From: Raillietiella orientalis
Taxonomy: Eukaryota
Length of the DNA stretch: 64,000 nucleotides
Direction: 5' to 3'
Assembly: GCA_036172245.1 (NCBI GenBank)
Contig: JAYWIR010000007.1
Coordinates: 3,472,001-3,536,000 of the forward strand
Position numbers and translations under genes: made by a program. A model generated the notes under the pieces. That model saw only the letters and a list, made by a program, of their open reading frames with translations, was not told where the DNA came from and searched no databases. Positions 37,200 through 49,360 of this stretch are shown here, one piece after another; position 1 is the first letter of the stretch, and each line of letters begins with the position of its first letter.

Positions 37200-40100
37200 C
37201 ACCGCGCCTGTGATTCGGTCCTCCGCCTCGAACCCCGCGCGTCAGGTCATCTGCTCCTGCTACCCCTTCTCCTTGCTTCGCCGCCGATCGCGGAGGGACA
37301 GAGGAGGAGAGAAAGGGATGACTGCGAAGGGACCGTAGGGGAGTTCAGTCTCTCCCACCACCCACCGATGCTTTGCTTCTTCCTCACCTTCCTTCCCTGC
37401 CCTTCCGTTTTTTCGACTGCCCCACGCGCGGGAGGTCAGGGAAGGAGGGAGGCTGGCAGTATGAGGGAGAGGGGGAGGGGTACCCATCTGCCACCTTGAA
37501 AAGAAGTGAAGACCCCTCAGGCCAGGCCGGAGGGGTGATTTCGGGTAGTCCTGAGGCGGAGCAGAATAGCTCAGGTGGTCGCGTGCTCTTCCGAGCGAGG
37601 CTTCTGAACCTCTTCATCAAGCCCTAGGGTATCCTCTCCGATGGGGCTAGCATGACTCCTCGCTGCGAGTGACCCAGAGCGAACTCCCAAGTCCCTCCTT
37701 TTCGAGAAGCCCAGGCGGCTGCCTCGAACTCGGGACCACCGCAGGAGCGCAATGGCGTCCCTGAAGGTGAGCATCCGGGAAACGAGGGGAAACGAGGACC
37801 AGCAGGATCCCCATGGTGATGGGTTCCTAGCTTCGCACCGTTGCCGGCTCCGGCTCGCGGCCCCGAGGAACGCAGTCTCGTGGGTATGTTCCCGCTCTCC
37901 GGATCGTTAGGATGAGGATGCTCTGGATTGCCGCTGCTGTCTCGGCGAACACCAGCGGGCTACCATGGCTGAAGGCGATCATTCCGCATCCATCTTTCCT
38001 TCTCGCGTGGCTTGCAAGGACTCATCCGCTGTGTCCCGCTAGTCAAACCTCGACTCCCAGGAAGCTGACCTCTTGTTCTCCGGTTTCGTTCGACGCCATA
38101 ACGGCGGCCTGCTGGGGAACGCGAGTGCCGACGTGTGGAGGCGCGCCTGATCCCTTGGAAACGCCCGCGTTTTTTTCCTATCTCCATCTTTCCGTCCTCA
38201 GCCACTTTTCCCGACGCTCCCCGCGCTTGACCCCCTTCCTCCACCTCTGAAACTTTCCCTCAGAGTCTTCCTTCTCTCCTTCATCTCCTCCCCTCCCCCT
38301 TTGGGGAGGGCAGTAGGACGGGATCCAATCGCGGGGCTGGTCTGCGCCGCGCAGGCTTTCGTCTTCCCACGGGACCACGAGAAGGGAGCGACGGATCCCG
38401 GAACCCCGAAACGCTGTTGCTTTTTTCGCCTCTCGGGTCGCACCCGTGGCTCCCAGGAGTGGGTCAGTTCCCTCCCGGAGTCCTCCTCCTCCATCCTGTC
38501 GGAGAAGAGGAAAGAGGGGGAGGAGCGGAATGGAAGGCGGGGCTGTTCCACGAGGTTGCGGAGCTCTCCCATCGCGATGTACTGGTGGGAAAGCCAGGCC
38601 ATTCCGAGAGGAGGATGGGGTCGTCCATCGCGCGTGCCCGAACCCCGCGGCAGATGCAGGCAGACGGCCGCGCCTTCACGACAGGAAGACCCCTCTTCTT
38701 CCCGCACTTTTACTGCGAAAAGGATGCGCGAGCCGGCTCTGCCGAGCTCCGGTCGAGTAGCCTGTTGACGTCACGGCCAGCGAAAACGCGAAAGAGGAAA
38801 TCCTCTCCGTTCGCCTGCGGCGATACGCATGTCGACGTTATCGCGACGCCATCCGACAGCCTCGCGCGAGGCGGCTCGGTTTCCATCGAGGTGAAGGGAC
38901 AGCGCACCCCGTCGGGATGGAAGAAACAAGATGCGGGAGAGGGAGGATGAGCCGTCCACCCGGTTTTTTTTGGAGGGAGCGAGGGGGAGGGGGGATGGTT
39001 CCAGCTTGCCTTTGGAAACGACGCCGCGCTTTCCCTCCTGCGGGACGTGGGATGCGAGTGGATCCGACCATTCCGCGTCATTGCCCTCGCAGCGGTGGCG
39101 GCGCCGCTAAGGCGCTCCGCAGTCCTTCGAAGACATTCGCAATCCGCTGGCGCAGCTGCCAGCGGCAACGGAGCACTTAGGGAATTCGCCACTGCAGAGA
39201 GCTCTGGAAGGACGGCACGACACTTGCGAGATGCTGGGCGACGGAGATGCCTTGTATAACATTTCCAGAGGATTATTTTTTTTTTCCCCTCACTCTCCTC
39301 AGAGGGTGGGATCGGTGCGACCGCCGTTCATGTGCGCCGAGGATCAGTCTGCAGGAGGTGCGCATTTTCCAGATGGTGCCACAAACCTTGAACGAGGACC
39401 TCACTCGAACCCGCGAAGAGGAGCCTCAGAAAGCTCCTGAAGGATGGGGGGGAGGGAAGCGACCTCATTCTGCGGTGGTTTTTGGCAAATAATTGCCTTG
39501 GATCACATTTGGATCTCCTGCTCTTCCGCGAATTGTATTGCGTGGCAACAGAAAACAGAAGATCCGCGGCACGAGCCTGCAAGAAACTCAATGCCTGAAG
39601 CACTCCAAACACTCTCACTGCTTGCTGAAGGAGATGATAAATTGCTTGAAGAAGACCCTGCCAACCCCTCATACTGCGATGCTGTCGTCCCTGCGGGATA
39701 GCCAGTACAGCCACCAGCCTGCAAGATGGGAAATAAACTTCCAGATGGCAGGAAAAAGAAATCATTGGGATGCTGGACAGAGCGTCCACTGGCTGGCGCT
39801 TCTGCCCCTCCTCCTTCTCCAAAGGAGGAAGGCAAATCTTGGAATCCCGTTGGAAGAAGTGGAGATCCCCGAGGTGTTCTTAAACAGCTACATGCTTCCC
39901 CTGAAGTGGCAGGACTCGGCGTTGCGACTGCTGCATCGGACCATCCCATGCAACGCACGCCTCCACCACGGCACCAGAGGAAGTGTGGTCCCAGAGTAAA
40001 AGGGAAACCTTGTTGCACCTGCTTTTAAGGTGTGTTGCCCTCCGGCATTGTGGGGACGTTTGACCACTTACCTCAACTTCCGAGAAGACCACTCGAGGGT

Positions 40101-40560
40101 CCCATTTAGACGCCTCTTCACGTGTGGCGGGATGCCGCCTGTCGCGACGATCGCAGTTTCGCGCTGCGTCCGCGGAATCGTGGCGCCTGGAACCCCCGAC
40201 AGCAGAGGCCGGAATAACACAAAAGCCATCTCCTTCGGCTTTTCGTTCCTAAGGATCGCCGCTGAGACACAACCAGGGGGAACTTACCGGCATCCTTGAG
40301 AGAGCAATCTGTGATCCTTTCCCTTATCTTCCTTCCCAAACATTTTGGTACTTTTTTTTGTTCAATATTTATTTATTTTTTTGTTTGTTCCCCTTCCCCC
40401 TAATTTCCCTGCTCTTCCGGCGACTGCTCCGAGCAGAGGACTCCTCCGGAACATGCGGAAGTGGTGGCACTGTACTGCCACGACGGAACCATAGGAAGAT
40501 TTATTGATGAAAGATACATCTTTTACACTAAACGCCCTGGCGTGACAAGGTGGAAATGCA
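37200..40560 (+). mobile_element. Decayed L1/Tx1-type element (RT, zf-RVT, 3' UTR)
   Basis: 'SVSIEVKGQRTPSGWKKQDAGEGG*AVHPVFF' (V.VNG..S...GVRQG.PLSP.LF equivalent), 'WQDSALRLLHRTIPCNARLHH' (zf-RVT lead-in), and family 3' UTR GGAACTTACCGGCATCCTT. 5' boundary uncertain; may include the 36842 arm. Confidence 0.75.
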
Positions 40561-40849
40561 TTCTCGGGAACTACTCCCACTCGTCTCCCTGTTTCGGCGC
40601 TTCGAATGGACGGGAATCCCCATTTGAAAACAGCGCCGTCGAATGCCGGAATGGGAAGGATAGCATTGGGATTCGACCTTGGATCGAATCTCAGCGGCGA
40701 CACGACCACGATGACAATCTGCAGAGCGTCTAGCTTGACCTGATTGAGAAAGGAAGAGTCGAGTTTGAAAGCGTCACAAACGTCAAGAAAGGTGTTAAGT
40801 ACCACTAAGGATCTGCTAAGAAATGGGGTCCACCAAACGGAGGATCTCC

Positions 40850-43100
40850 AGGAAACCATCTGACTTTCTTTTTTTTTTTACACCTGCTGCCCTCTTTGGG
40901 TTGAGCCCTTGAAGCTTCTCGCTTCGTCTCAAAATGTGTAGATCTTGAGTGCCAGGTGGCTGACATCAAAAGACACGTGGAAATGACACGCATGATGGGT
41001 CCGATAGGGACGGTATACAACTGCACATGTGCGGATCCAGAATAGCCGAGAGAAGGGATGCGCTACTTCGAGTGAATCCAGCGGCTGAAGAGACCCTCAC
41101 AACCTGCACGTGGCACGCCCAACCAAGAGGGGAAACGTGGAACAGCATTTTCCAAGTAGGGAGCGTTGGGCGTTGGCGTATCACATCCTCTTTGCCACGG
41201 GGATTAGGATGGCGAACCGGGAGAGCTGAAGAAGAGAAGGAGGTGACGGCTTCGACTTCCAGAGAAACCGTGAGCAGCCGCCTAGCGGAGGTCGAGCAGG
41301 TGGTCCTCCGTCTTTCTAGAGAAGAAGAACCGGGAGCGGAGTCTAAAAGTTCAACACGTAGCAAGGAAACTCCCCGGCGTGACCTTCTCCTTCCAGGTTT
41401 CCGGGCCGTTTATTTTTGGAACAAATAAAATTTGTGCAATAAGGAAGGGACCGGCACGTGCCAGCTCGAAACCAAAGAAACTACCCTCGATAGAGAGGGA
41501 ATGAGGGTGGGATGGAGGAAGAGAGAAAACAGATAGATAAAATAGGGAATGGGATCGACAGGTCTTCTCAACGCTGTCGAACATGATTCCCGAGGACCTG
41601 TGTCGGGGAGAGAAGGGTGTACGATGGGGATCCATGGATTTCTAGTACCTCGCATCCCGGACTGAATCGTCTCGTTGCATCTCTTCTCTTGCGGGCAGGG
41701 GGAGAAGGAGATGGCGAGCTGCTACCCTGAATGAAGGATGTACCCTCCCTCCGTTTTGGCCGGTCCCCGCTGCCTGGCATGGGAGTCTCCAGCGAGGGGA
41801 GGGTGCAACCGAAATGCAGGAAGAGGAAGAAGGGGACATGCAGTCTCTGAACATCTGCGGGAGCAGCGACGGGACGCTCTACGACGTCCTACAGTGCTTC
41901 TCATCCCTGATGCAGCCCTCCTCATTCGCGGAGCACTGGCAGCCGGGTCCCCACGATCCTGCATCCAGCTTCTCATCCAAGATCCAGTAGGTGTGCTCCT
42001 CGGGCACTCTCCTCCCGGTGAGACTTGACCCGGAGGAACATGTCATTGGAGCCGTCACCGACCTGTCCGCTTCCCCATCCATTCTGACACCCTCTCTCAG
42101 GTGCTGTCCCGTTATGAGGTGCTCCACCCGACTGTATCCGCGTCAGCCGGCATTCTTGGACTCATCGAATGCCGACGAGCGGTCTAGCACCTCCCAATTT
42201 TCTCTCACGAATTCCGCCGAGCACTCCCAGGAGCGACGCTTTCTCGAGAGGGGATTACGCTACTTGCAACGCGAACGGTCGGAGGTCGTCCCCTTCTCCT
42301 TCTCAGTGGCCTGCGACCTCGTCCCGTGCTGTCCGCTACCGCGCTCTTCAGGAAGCGGATTCTTTCGAAACGAGAAAAGGCGTGCGTTGGTCTTGACCGC
42401 TGCTCCGTCTGGCGCTCTCTCTCGAGTACTCCTTTCTCAGCCACCGCTGCTCGCACGCGAGAGTGGGTGAGACACACCGATGCTGCGCGAGAGATGTCCC
42501 GTGGTGTCCCGTACCGAGAGCTCCGAACCAGAAATAGAGTCTGCATACACAGTGCGTGGGGTCAACTTTGCCCTTGTCCCTGCGAAGCCGAGGGACTTCC
42601 CTGAGATCCCCAGGCATCGTAAACACTCGAAAAGGCTCAGTTGGCGGCCTCGTGGCTGCGGTTGCCGCGCGTCGCTGGTTCGAATCCGTGCCCGGGAGCG
42701 GTCGACGCCGAGAATGGGGGGTGAGTCATGGGTTTCGAGCCGTTCCTCTCCTCAATTCACTACTTAACTCACAGACTTCGGGTGCACTGGTGGGACGTGC
42801 GTGCACGTTGGAAACTGGATGCCCCCTTTGACTGGATGAGAGTGAAAGATGACCCTCCGGGTCATTCCAGGAATCAAGGATCCGGTCTTCTTCGGGCGTG
42901 GAAATGAAGCCGTATCCATCTCGCACCATATTTCCCTCTGGGGGTTGCCTCTACAGAGTGTCAAGAAGACCGCTTCTCCCTTCAGGGAGATTCGGAAGCG
43001 TCCATTCCAGGTTCTCTTCGGAGGAGGAAACAAGGGGCGGATCCTTTCCGAGGGTTCTCTCCGGAGAGAATAAGGAGGAGGTTCCCTTCGGAGTTTTGAT
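40850..43100 (+). mobile_element. Next decayed element in tandem: ORF1 remnant plus APE endonuclease, 3' truncated
   Basis: 'TCTWHAQP' (Y.GQP-like), then APE-like pieces 'CNRNAGRGRRGHAVSEHLREQRRDAL', 'DPVGVLL', 'RLYPRQPAFL'. Confidence 0.45.
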
Positions 43101-44548
43101 AGGTAAATTCTGAGATGAAATGCATTCGTTCTGAAAGAATGGCAGAATTGCAGCTTGAATTTTTTGTTTCCGAAGATGTGACGTCATACCTTTCTGAAGA
43201 GCTGTTTGGTCCATTTTAGGAACACATATTTGAATGCATGCATATCTGAATCCTCGCGAGACACGAAAATCCATTTGAAATCCCGTTATCCAAGACATCG
43301 CAGGAACCATGATCTGGAGTTGTCCACAGTGGGATCAGATGTCTCGAATCTAATGGTGCAATCATCGAAAGCTGTAGTTCACCCGGAAAACCAGGCAGCA
43401 GAAATTAGAAATCGAGTTCAGTTCAGTTTTTACGGACAGTAGCATATTCGTGCATGAGAAGCATCAACTTCATAAAGTACCCCTAAATTCACGTCTCTTA
43501 GGAATCTGCTTACTCATGTTTCTTTTTCTACACGACTCATGACAAATTAATGCTACTTTTTCTTTACTAATTTTCCAAGTCTTTTGAAACGCTCAGATCT
43601 GAGACCCATAATATCGATACTTGAATATGAATCTTTTCGAATATGGTATTCGAAAGAAAGGTAGTACTTGTTGTCTTCCTCCAGGTGATTATATCGGTTT
43701 ATCTTAAATCTTTAAACCTGTGTGAAAAGTGACAGTCACTCAAAATTTACGATGATCTTGACATTGGAGTACTTGCATCGGAGAATCAGAATTACGGAGG
43801 CAAATCAGAGTAAGGTGCAAGAGAGGTGGAAGCAATACGTATAAAACGAAATTTGTACATATTAATGGAATTTGCTCTTTCTCATGCTAAAAGAAAATAC
43901 GACAGACACAATAGATTACTGGGTTCAGCATGAAATAAATAATGCTTTATCGAGAGGAACAGTTTATTCAAATATTATCATGATATATCGAACTTGCATT
44001 CATATAACCACAGGTACAACTTTTTCTATAGTTGAGACGAGAGCTATTAGAACCCAAAGTGTAAGGAAGTGCTCTGATGATACCGCCTGGAATGATAACC
44101 AAACAATTTTCAGTATACTGTGTCACGCAGAGCAACGAAGTTTTTAAATAAAACGTAAAAACTACTTAAAGGGTTTCTCAGACGTCGAATGCTTTATGAA
44201 TTTATTCAATACTCACCGAAAAAGTGGAGTTTCACGAGGTGAAAATTCTGCTGCTACCCTAAATCATTCCGACAACACAGTAAACGGGTAGTGGGGTCAC
44301 AGACATCACTTTCTTCAAGGCTAGTTGTCTCGAAAGTATCTGCAAATTCCAGTCGTGGAAACACCAAAATGACAGCCCAAACTATAAATGCTCACCGAAT
44401 CATCTCACAGCAAATATATTCTTATGGTTATGCGATTTTTCGTGAATGTGAAAGCACACGCCAAGCCTGCTGCGGAATCTGCAACGTGTTGTGCTGGTAA
44501 CCCTGAAAATCACCGAGTGAATTTCGGAAGAGCATCTTGAAGAGTAAA

Positions 44549-45697
44549 ATGGCTATAAGGAGTCAATTCGAAAACAGCTCAGAAGTTGGAGTTTTTTCTA
44601 AATTGACTTCCACGTACTGCCTGGTTGCAATAGCAGGATCTGAGCACTATTTTAGGTACGTGTTTTTAGGTACTATTCAAGTACCTCTTTTTTCTTCCTC
44701 CTCAAAAAGCCTCTTTCAAGTGTAATGACGTTGCTGTTTGTAGCACGTTGGAGGCCGAACTGGCAGATGTTATTCCTGTTATTCATGCGTCTATTGCAGG
44801 CTGCCGAATAATTGGGAGGCTGGCAGTTGGTAACTTTGATCCTATATGAAGCAAAAGAATCACATTTCAGGTAATCGGCGTGGTTTGTTGGTACCCAATG
44901 GTACTACGGACCAAGAACTGCAACATCTTAGGAATTCACTTCCCGATGACGTCAAAATTCAGCGAATTGAGGAAAGGTTATCGGCCCTAGGAAACGTAAT
45001 CGCATGTAATGATTACGTAGCCTTGGTTCATCCCGATATCGACAGGGTACGCTTTTGTCAAGAGAAAACGGTTGAATTTGTTTTGCCTAACTTGCTATCG
45101 AATGCAGGAAACTGAAGAGATACTAACGGATACCCTCAGTGTGGAAGTGTTCCGTCATTCGCTTGCTGACCAAGTACTTGTGGGTTCATATTGTGCTTTG
45201 AGCAATCAAGGAGGATTACTGCACCCACGAACATCAGTTGAGGACCAAAATGAATTATCCGCTTTGTTGCAAATACCATTGATAGTAAGTATGAGAACCT
45301 TCGGTGTTTTCAGCCTGCCAGGGAGCAGCAGCATCGGATTAATGATGCCATGCTACTTACTGTTCTCTATCACTGTGCATTACATGTGTACTTTTGTTGT
45401 TTACATATTGGATTTTGCATAGTTTCTTTTTTGAAAAAAACCTGTGTGCATTCAGGCTGGAACAGTAAACAGAGGTTCCGAAGTGATTGGAGCAGGTATG
45501 ATCGTTAACGATTGGTTTGCAGTTTGTGGTATTGATACTACTGCCACCGAGATATCAGTCATTGAGAATGTATTTCGATTGAGTGAAAATCATCCCACAG
45601 CAATAACCACCAAAATGAGATCTTCTCTCGTTGAAAGGTAAAAAAGAAAAGCTGAAATTTCTACTCACACGTGCACTGGTTGCTTAGTCTTGCTTGA
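44549..45697 (+). CDS. eIF6: Eukaryotic translation initiation factor 6. Exons 44549-44655, 44744-44829, 44871-45046, 45108-45284, 45456-45637, 45688-45697
   Basis: '[20 protein letters not shown]', '[45 protein letters not shown]', '[20 protein letters not shown]'. AATAAA at 45829. Confidence 0.98.
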
Positions 45698-45862
45698 GCA
45701 ACAAATGGAAGTTCCACTTTCATAAGGAAGTGTCTGTTAATGGAGTACAGTGAGACTCCAGGTGATCATACTTAAAATGGCACCAAAGGATGGCAACTTT
45801 TATTCGGTAATCAATCATTCAAACTAAGAATAAAGTGCTTTCAAAGCATACACGTAAAAATA

Positions 45863-46888
45863 TTAAGTGAAATTGAATGGAGAACGAGAAAAATGTTGAG
45901 AGCCAGCTGCACGTAACAAGGGGAAAGTGTGGACCACCTGAAAATTTGCTGTGGAAGGAGTTATTCCCTTTGCTGATGGAATTTGTTGATTGAAAGCAAG
46001 GGGAGAATGTTGGTTTGAGGTGGGAGGAGTTTTGATGAGAGTAATGCGCCCAGGAGTGAGAGCATCTGCATGGGTACTCTACTACAAGCATTACAGGAAT
46101 TCTTCTTTCGAGACATCAACAGTTACCTGCATCTTCATTGCTGATTCAAAACTAGTGTGACAGGATAATGGTTTGGGAGAACTAGCTGGATGGCAAGGAC
46201 TGATTTGGGAAGGTGAAATGTCTTGTTTCTCGAGAAGACCCTCAAGATGCTTGGTGTAAGAAGTCAGTTTATCGAGTAGTTGCTTCATCTTTTGGTACTC
46301 TCTAAATTTGAGTGGTCAGTTGAAGTCGACAGTACTACTACTCTACCTTTCTAATTGCTGCTTTTCCTTCTGAATGCGCTCATAACTTTGCAGGATAAGA
46401 TCGAATTTTGATTTCTACAAAGACAAGTCTGTGATTTGATAGAGGATCCTTGTAAATATTACTTGTTCTTGTTGACACTTCATGAGTTTATTTCTGTGTT
46501 GCTGCTGGAATTCCAGCACCTGCTGAATCTGTGGGAGATTGGATTTTAACAAATCCAGTGGTGAAGTGAAGAAGGTTTTTACTTTAGGAAATTTCTTTTT
46601 GGGAGTGCGTGAAAAGGAGGAGCAGCGTTCTCAATACTCACAGTGAGATTGTCTTTGTTAAGTACAATGAAAGTACATTTGGAATTACATGCTAAGCAGC
46701 TTTCCGATTTATTTGCTGATGGATGATGATAATCAACATATTAAAAAAAAGCATTCAATTTACGCCAATCACACACCTTTGCTTAAGCAACCTTCACAAA
46801 GTATGTGACCACAGCTGGAAAACGAATATGTCACCGGTTGCCCTCTTAAAGACTGGACACCACATTTATTACAGTGAACCCAATCCAT
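45863..46888 (-). CDS. RNF212: RNF212/RNF212B (Zip3/ZHP-3/Vilya-Narya family) RING and coiled-coil meiotic crossover protein. Exons 46888-46777, 46715-46642, 46594-46463, 46414-46347, 46301-46127, 46078-45863
   Basis: 'MDWVHCNKC...FSSCGHILCEGCLSK-ANKSESCLACNSKC' RING, 'TFFTSPLDLL...QQVLEFQQQHR', coiled coil and S/P-rich tail. All exon phases are consistent. Mostly absent from the ORF track. Confidence 0.9.
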
Positions 46889-47120
46889 TTCAATGTGTCC
46901 ACCAAACCGTTAGATTTCAAATGTACCTCTGTAAGGCATCAGCAAGTAAATAACACATGGATTAGGAAAAACACATGGATTTTGGGAAACTAGCTAACAA
47001 ATGCATAACGTTCTCCGCTTTCAGAACATTTCCTTTGTAGATTTAGGACACATGGCATTTGGGCAACACAAACTAAAAGGCAAAATGAAACTGGGCAATC
47101 GAAAATGCCAGTTTTATTTA

Positions 47121-49360
47121 TCATATCTCGGAAGGGCACTTACTGATATACGAGGAATCAAAGAACACAATAGTGATTGTGATGTCATCTCGAAATGCTC
47201 TCACTAAATCTTCTGGAAAGCTTAGGAGTTGTGAAACTCTCGCATTGTCTAGTCCATAATCTGTGGAACTCAAAGCATGACGTATCAGATGTGTTGCTGC
47301 ATTAGCATCAATTGGTTTTTTTTGTAAGGCTTCTTGTCTTTGCACCAAGAGTTGTTCCACTTGTTTCAGCGTCAAAGTTTTCTGAGGTAAGACTAGGGGG
47401 TTGAGAGCTGTTCTGCCACACATGTGTTCTCCAATCAGAGCCACCACTTCTGCAGGTGTGAGAAATTCCCAAAAACCATCTGTTCCCAATATGAGAAATT
47501 TATCTTTGGCAGTTAGTCGATGATAGGTAACTTCAGGTTGTGCACTCAGATAAGGAGGTGTGTGGTAATGTGGTGGTATGATGCTTGGACTGCACATTGG
47601 CACGAACAATTTATTTTGCAAATTCACATTCCACTTATATCGGAAATCACCAAAGGCTCTCAGAGGACTCAACTGACCAAGTAATCTTCCATCATGAATG
47701 ATTGTATGACTTTCTGATGCAGGATGTTCATGAAACAGGCGATGCATTTCTTTGGCATTTTCGTGATTATGCTCATTGGTTAATTTTTTTGCCACCCAGT
47801 GATTCGCATCAGTTTCCTGGCCAAGCACAGCTTGGCAATCACCCACATTACCTACATGCAAGTGGGTACCATCAATGTGTGCTACACAACCAACACAACC
47901 AGACAAGGCCACAGCCATGGGAATCATCTGATTTGCTGCTTCTCTAGAGAGGTCATCATCCAATCTCAGAAATGCCTTCTCAAATGCATCCTGAGTGCTT
48001 ACATTGCTGAACTTTGTTCTTAATTCTTTTAAATATGCATGAAAACTTTTTTTGTAAAGGTTTTCCAGATGTTTATCAGTGTTGTCCATGACATAAGATG
48101 TGTACACTTCCAATAGATTCAATTCTTCTACTGAATTGACTTGATCAATTTTTCGAATGCATTCATCCAAAGCATCTTTGCAAAGCAGTGAGGCAGCAAC
48201 ATAGTGCATCAACCTTTTGGTAACCACTTCAACACAATTATTTCCACCATGCCCATCAAAAACTCCAAAAAGCAAACCTGCAATAAACCATAATCACCGA
48301 ATCCCACAACAGATAGAACCTACTAAACAAGATCAAAGCTCGGTTTGCTACTATTCTTTAACTACAACTTTGAAATTCATTCATGCTGAGGGAGATAGTC
48401 ATTTTTTTCAAGAATCCTGCTGAACTTGATTGTTCTTCAGTTTGTTTTGCAATGCACGTGTGTTAAGAGAACTAGAAAACTCACATGCACCACATGAAAT
48501 GAAATGCAAAAGTACATCTGATGCATAAAGTATTAGGTTAGATTCTAGAAATGCATGGAAGCTCATTTTTCGCGGTGGTGATATCATCACTACAGAGCAA
48601 TCAACCTGTAATACCTTTGCAATTGCACGAAAAAGCCAATCAATTGCAGAGATTCCGTCAAGAATACGAGGAACCTGCTCGAAAATATCATTTTGTGAAG
48701 GAAGGTCGAAATACAGAAAAACAAAAAGTTACGTGCGACTGTGCAAATCTTGAAACGGAATTCTGCACTCTCAGGGAGTGCATGTTTTCATCACGCTCAC
48801 TGACCAATGATGATTCTGCACATCATTCATCGGAAAAAGGAATGGACATTTCGAAATCAAATCAGAATACACAAAGTGGTGGTTGTGTGCCACTCGATTC
48901 GTGCACTGTGACGGTGCCCCGACTACTAGGAATTGTCATTGCACTTCATGCAGGAAGAAACGCGATGGAGGGAACCAACGAAATACGTTCTGTACCATTT
49001 GTGGCTCGTTCAAGGAAAACAAAATGCACATACACACCTGAACACACACGAGAAAACCTCCTTACCGGTGGTATACCGACAACGGGATTCTACATGTCGA
49101 TCTTCTGGGGGAATGTTGGATGGAAGGAGGTTGCTTTCGAATGATTTCACCGACTCGCAATATAAATCTTTGCTGAATTCATTGGCTGCCAGTATGTCTG
49201 TCACCTGGGAAAAGGCTCCGCTTACTGCACATGCTTGGAAGGATCACGGACAGTAAGAAACCCGATCGGGGCATACCTGACCAGGGGACAGCCTTGGTGT
49301 TGGGAATGCACGTCTGCACAAACACCTCGCACTGCCAAAGCTCATTCGAAGCCTCGCCAT
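47121..49360 (-). CDS. Pdp: Mitochondrial pyruvate dehydrogenase phosphatase catalytic subunit (PP2C family). Exons 49360-49277, 49204-49066, 48277-47121
   Basis: Arg-rich leader 'MARLRMSFGSARCLCRRAFPTPRLSPGQ', 'ILAANE...SFESNLLPSNIPPEDR', 'FGVFDGHGG', 'GRLLGQLSPLRAFGDFRYKW', 'TPPYL', 'LILGTDGFWE', 'FRDDITI'. Start codon inferred. Confidence 0.95.
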
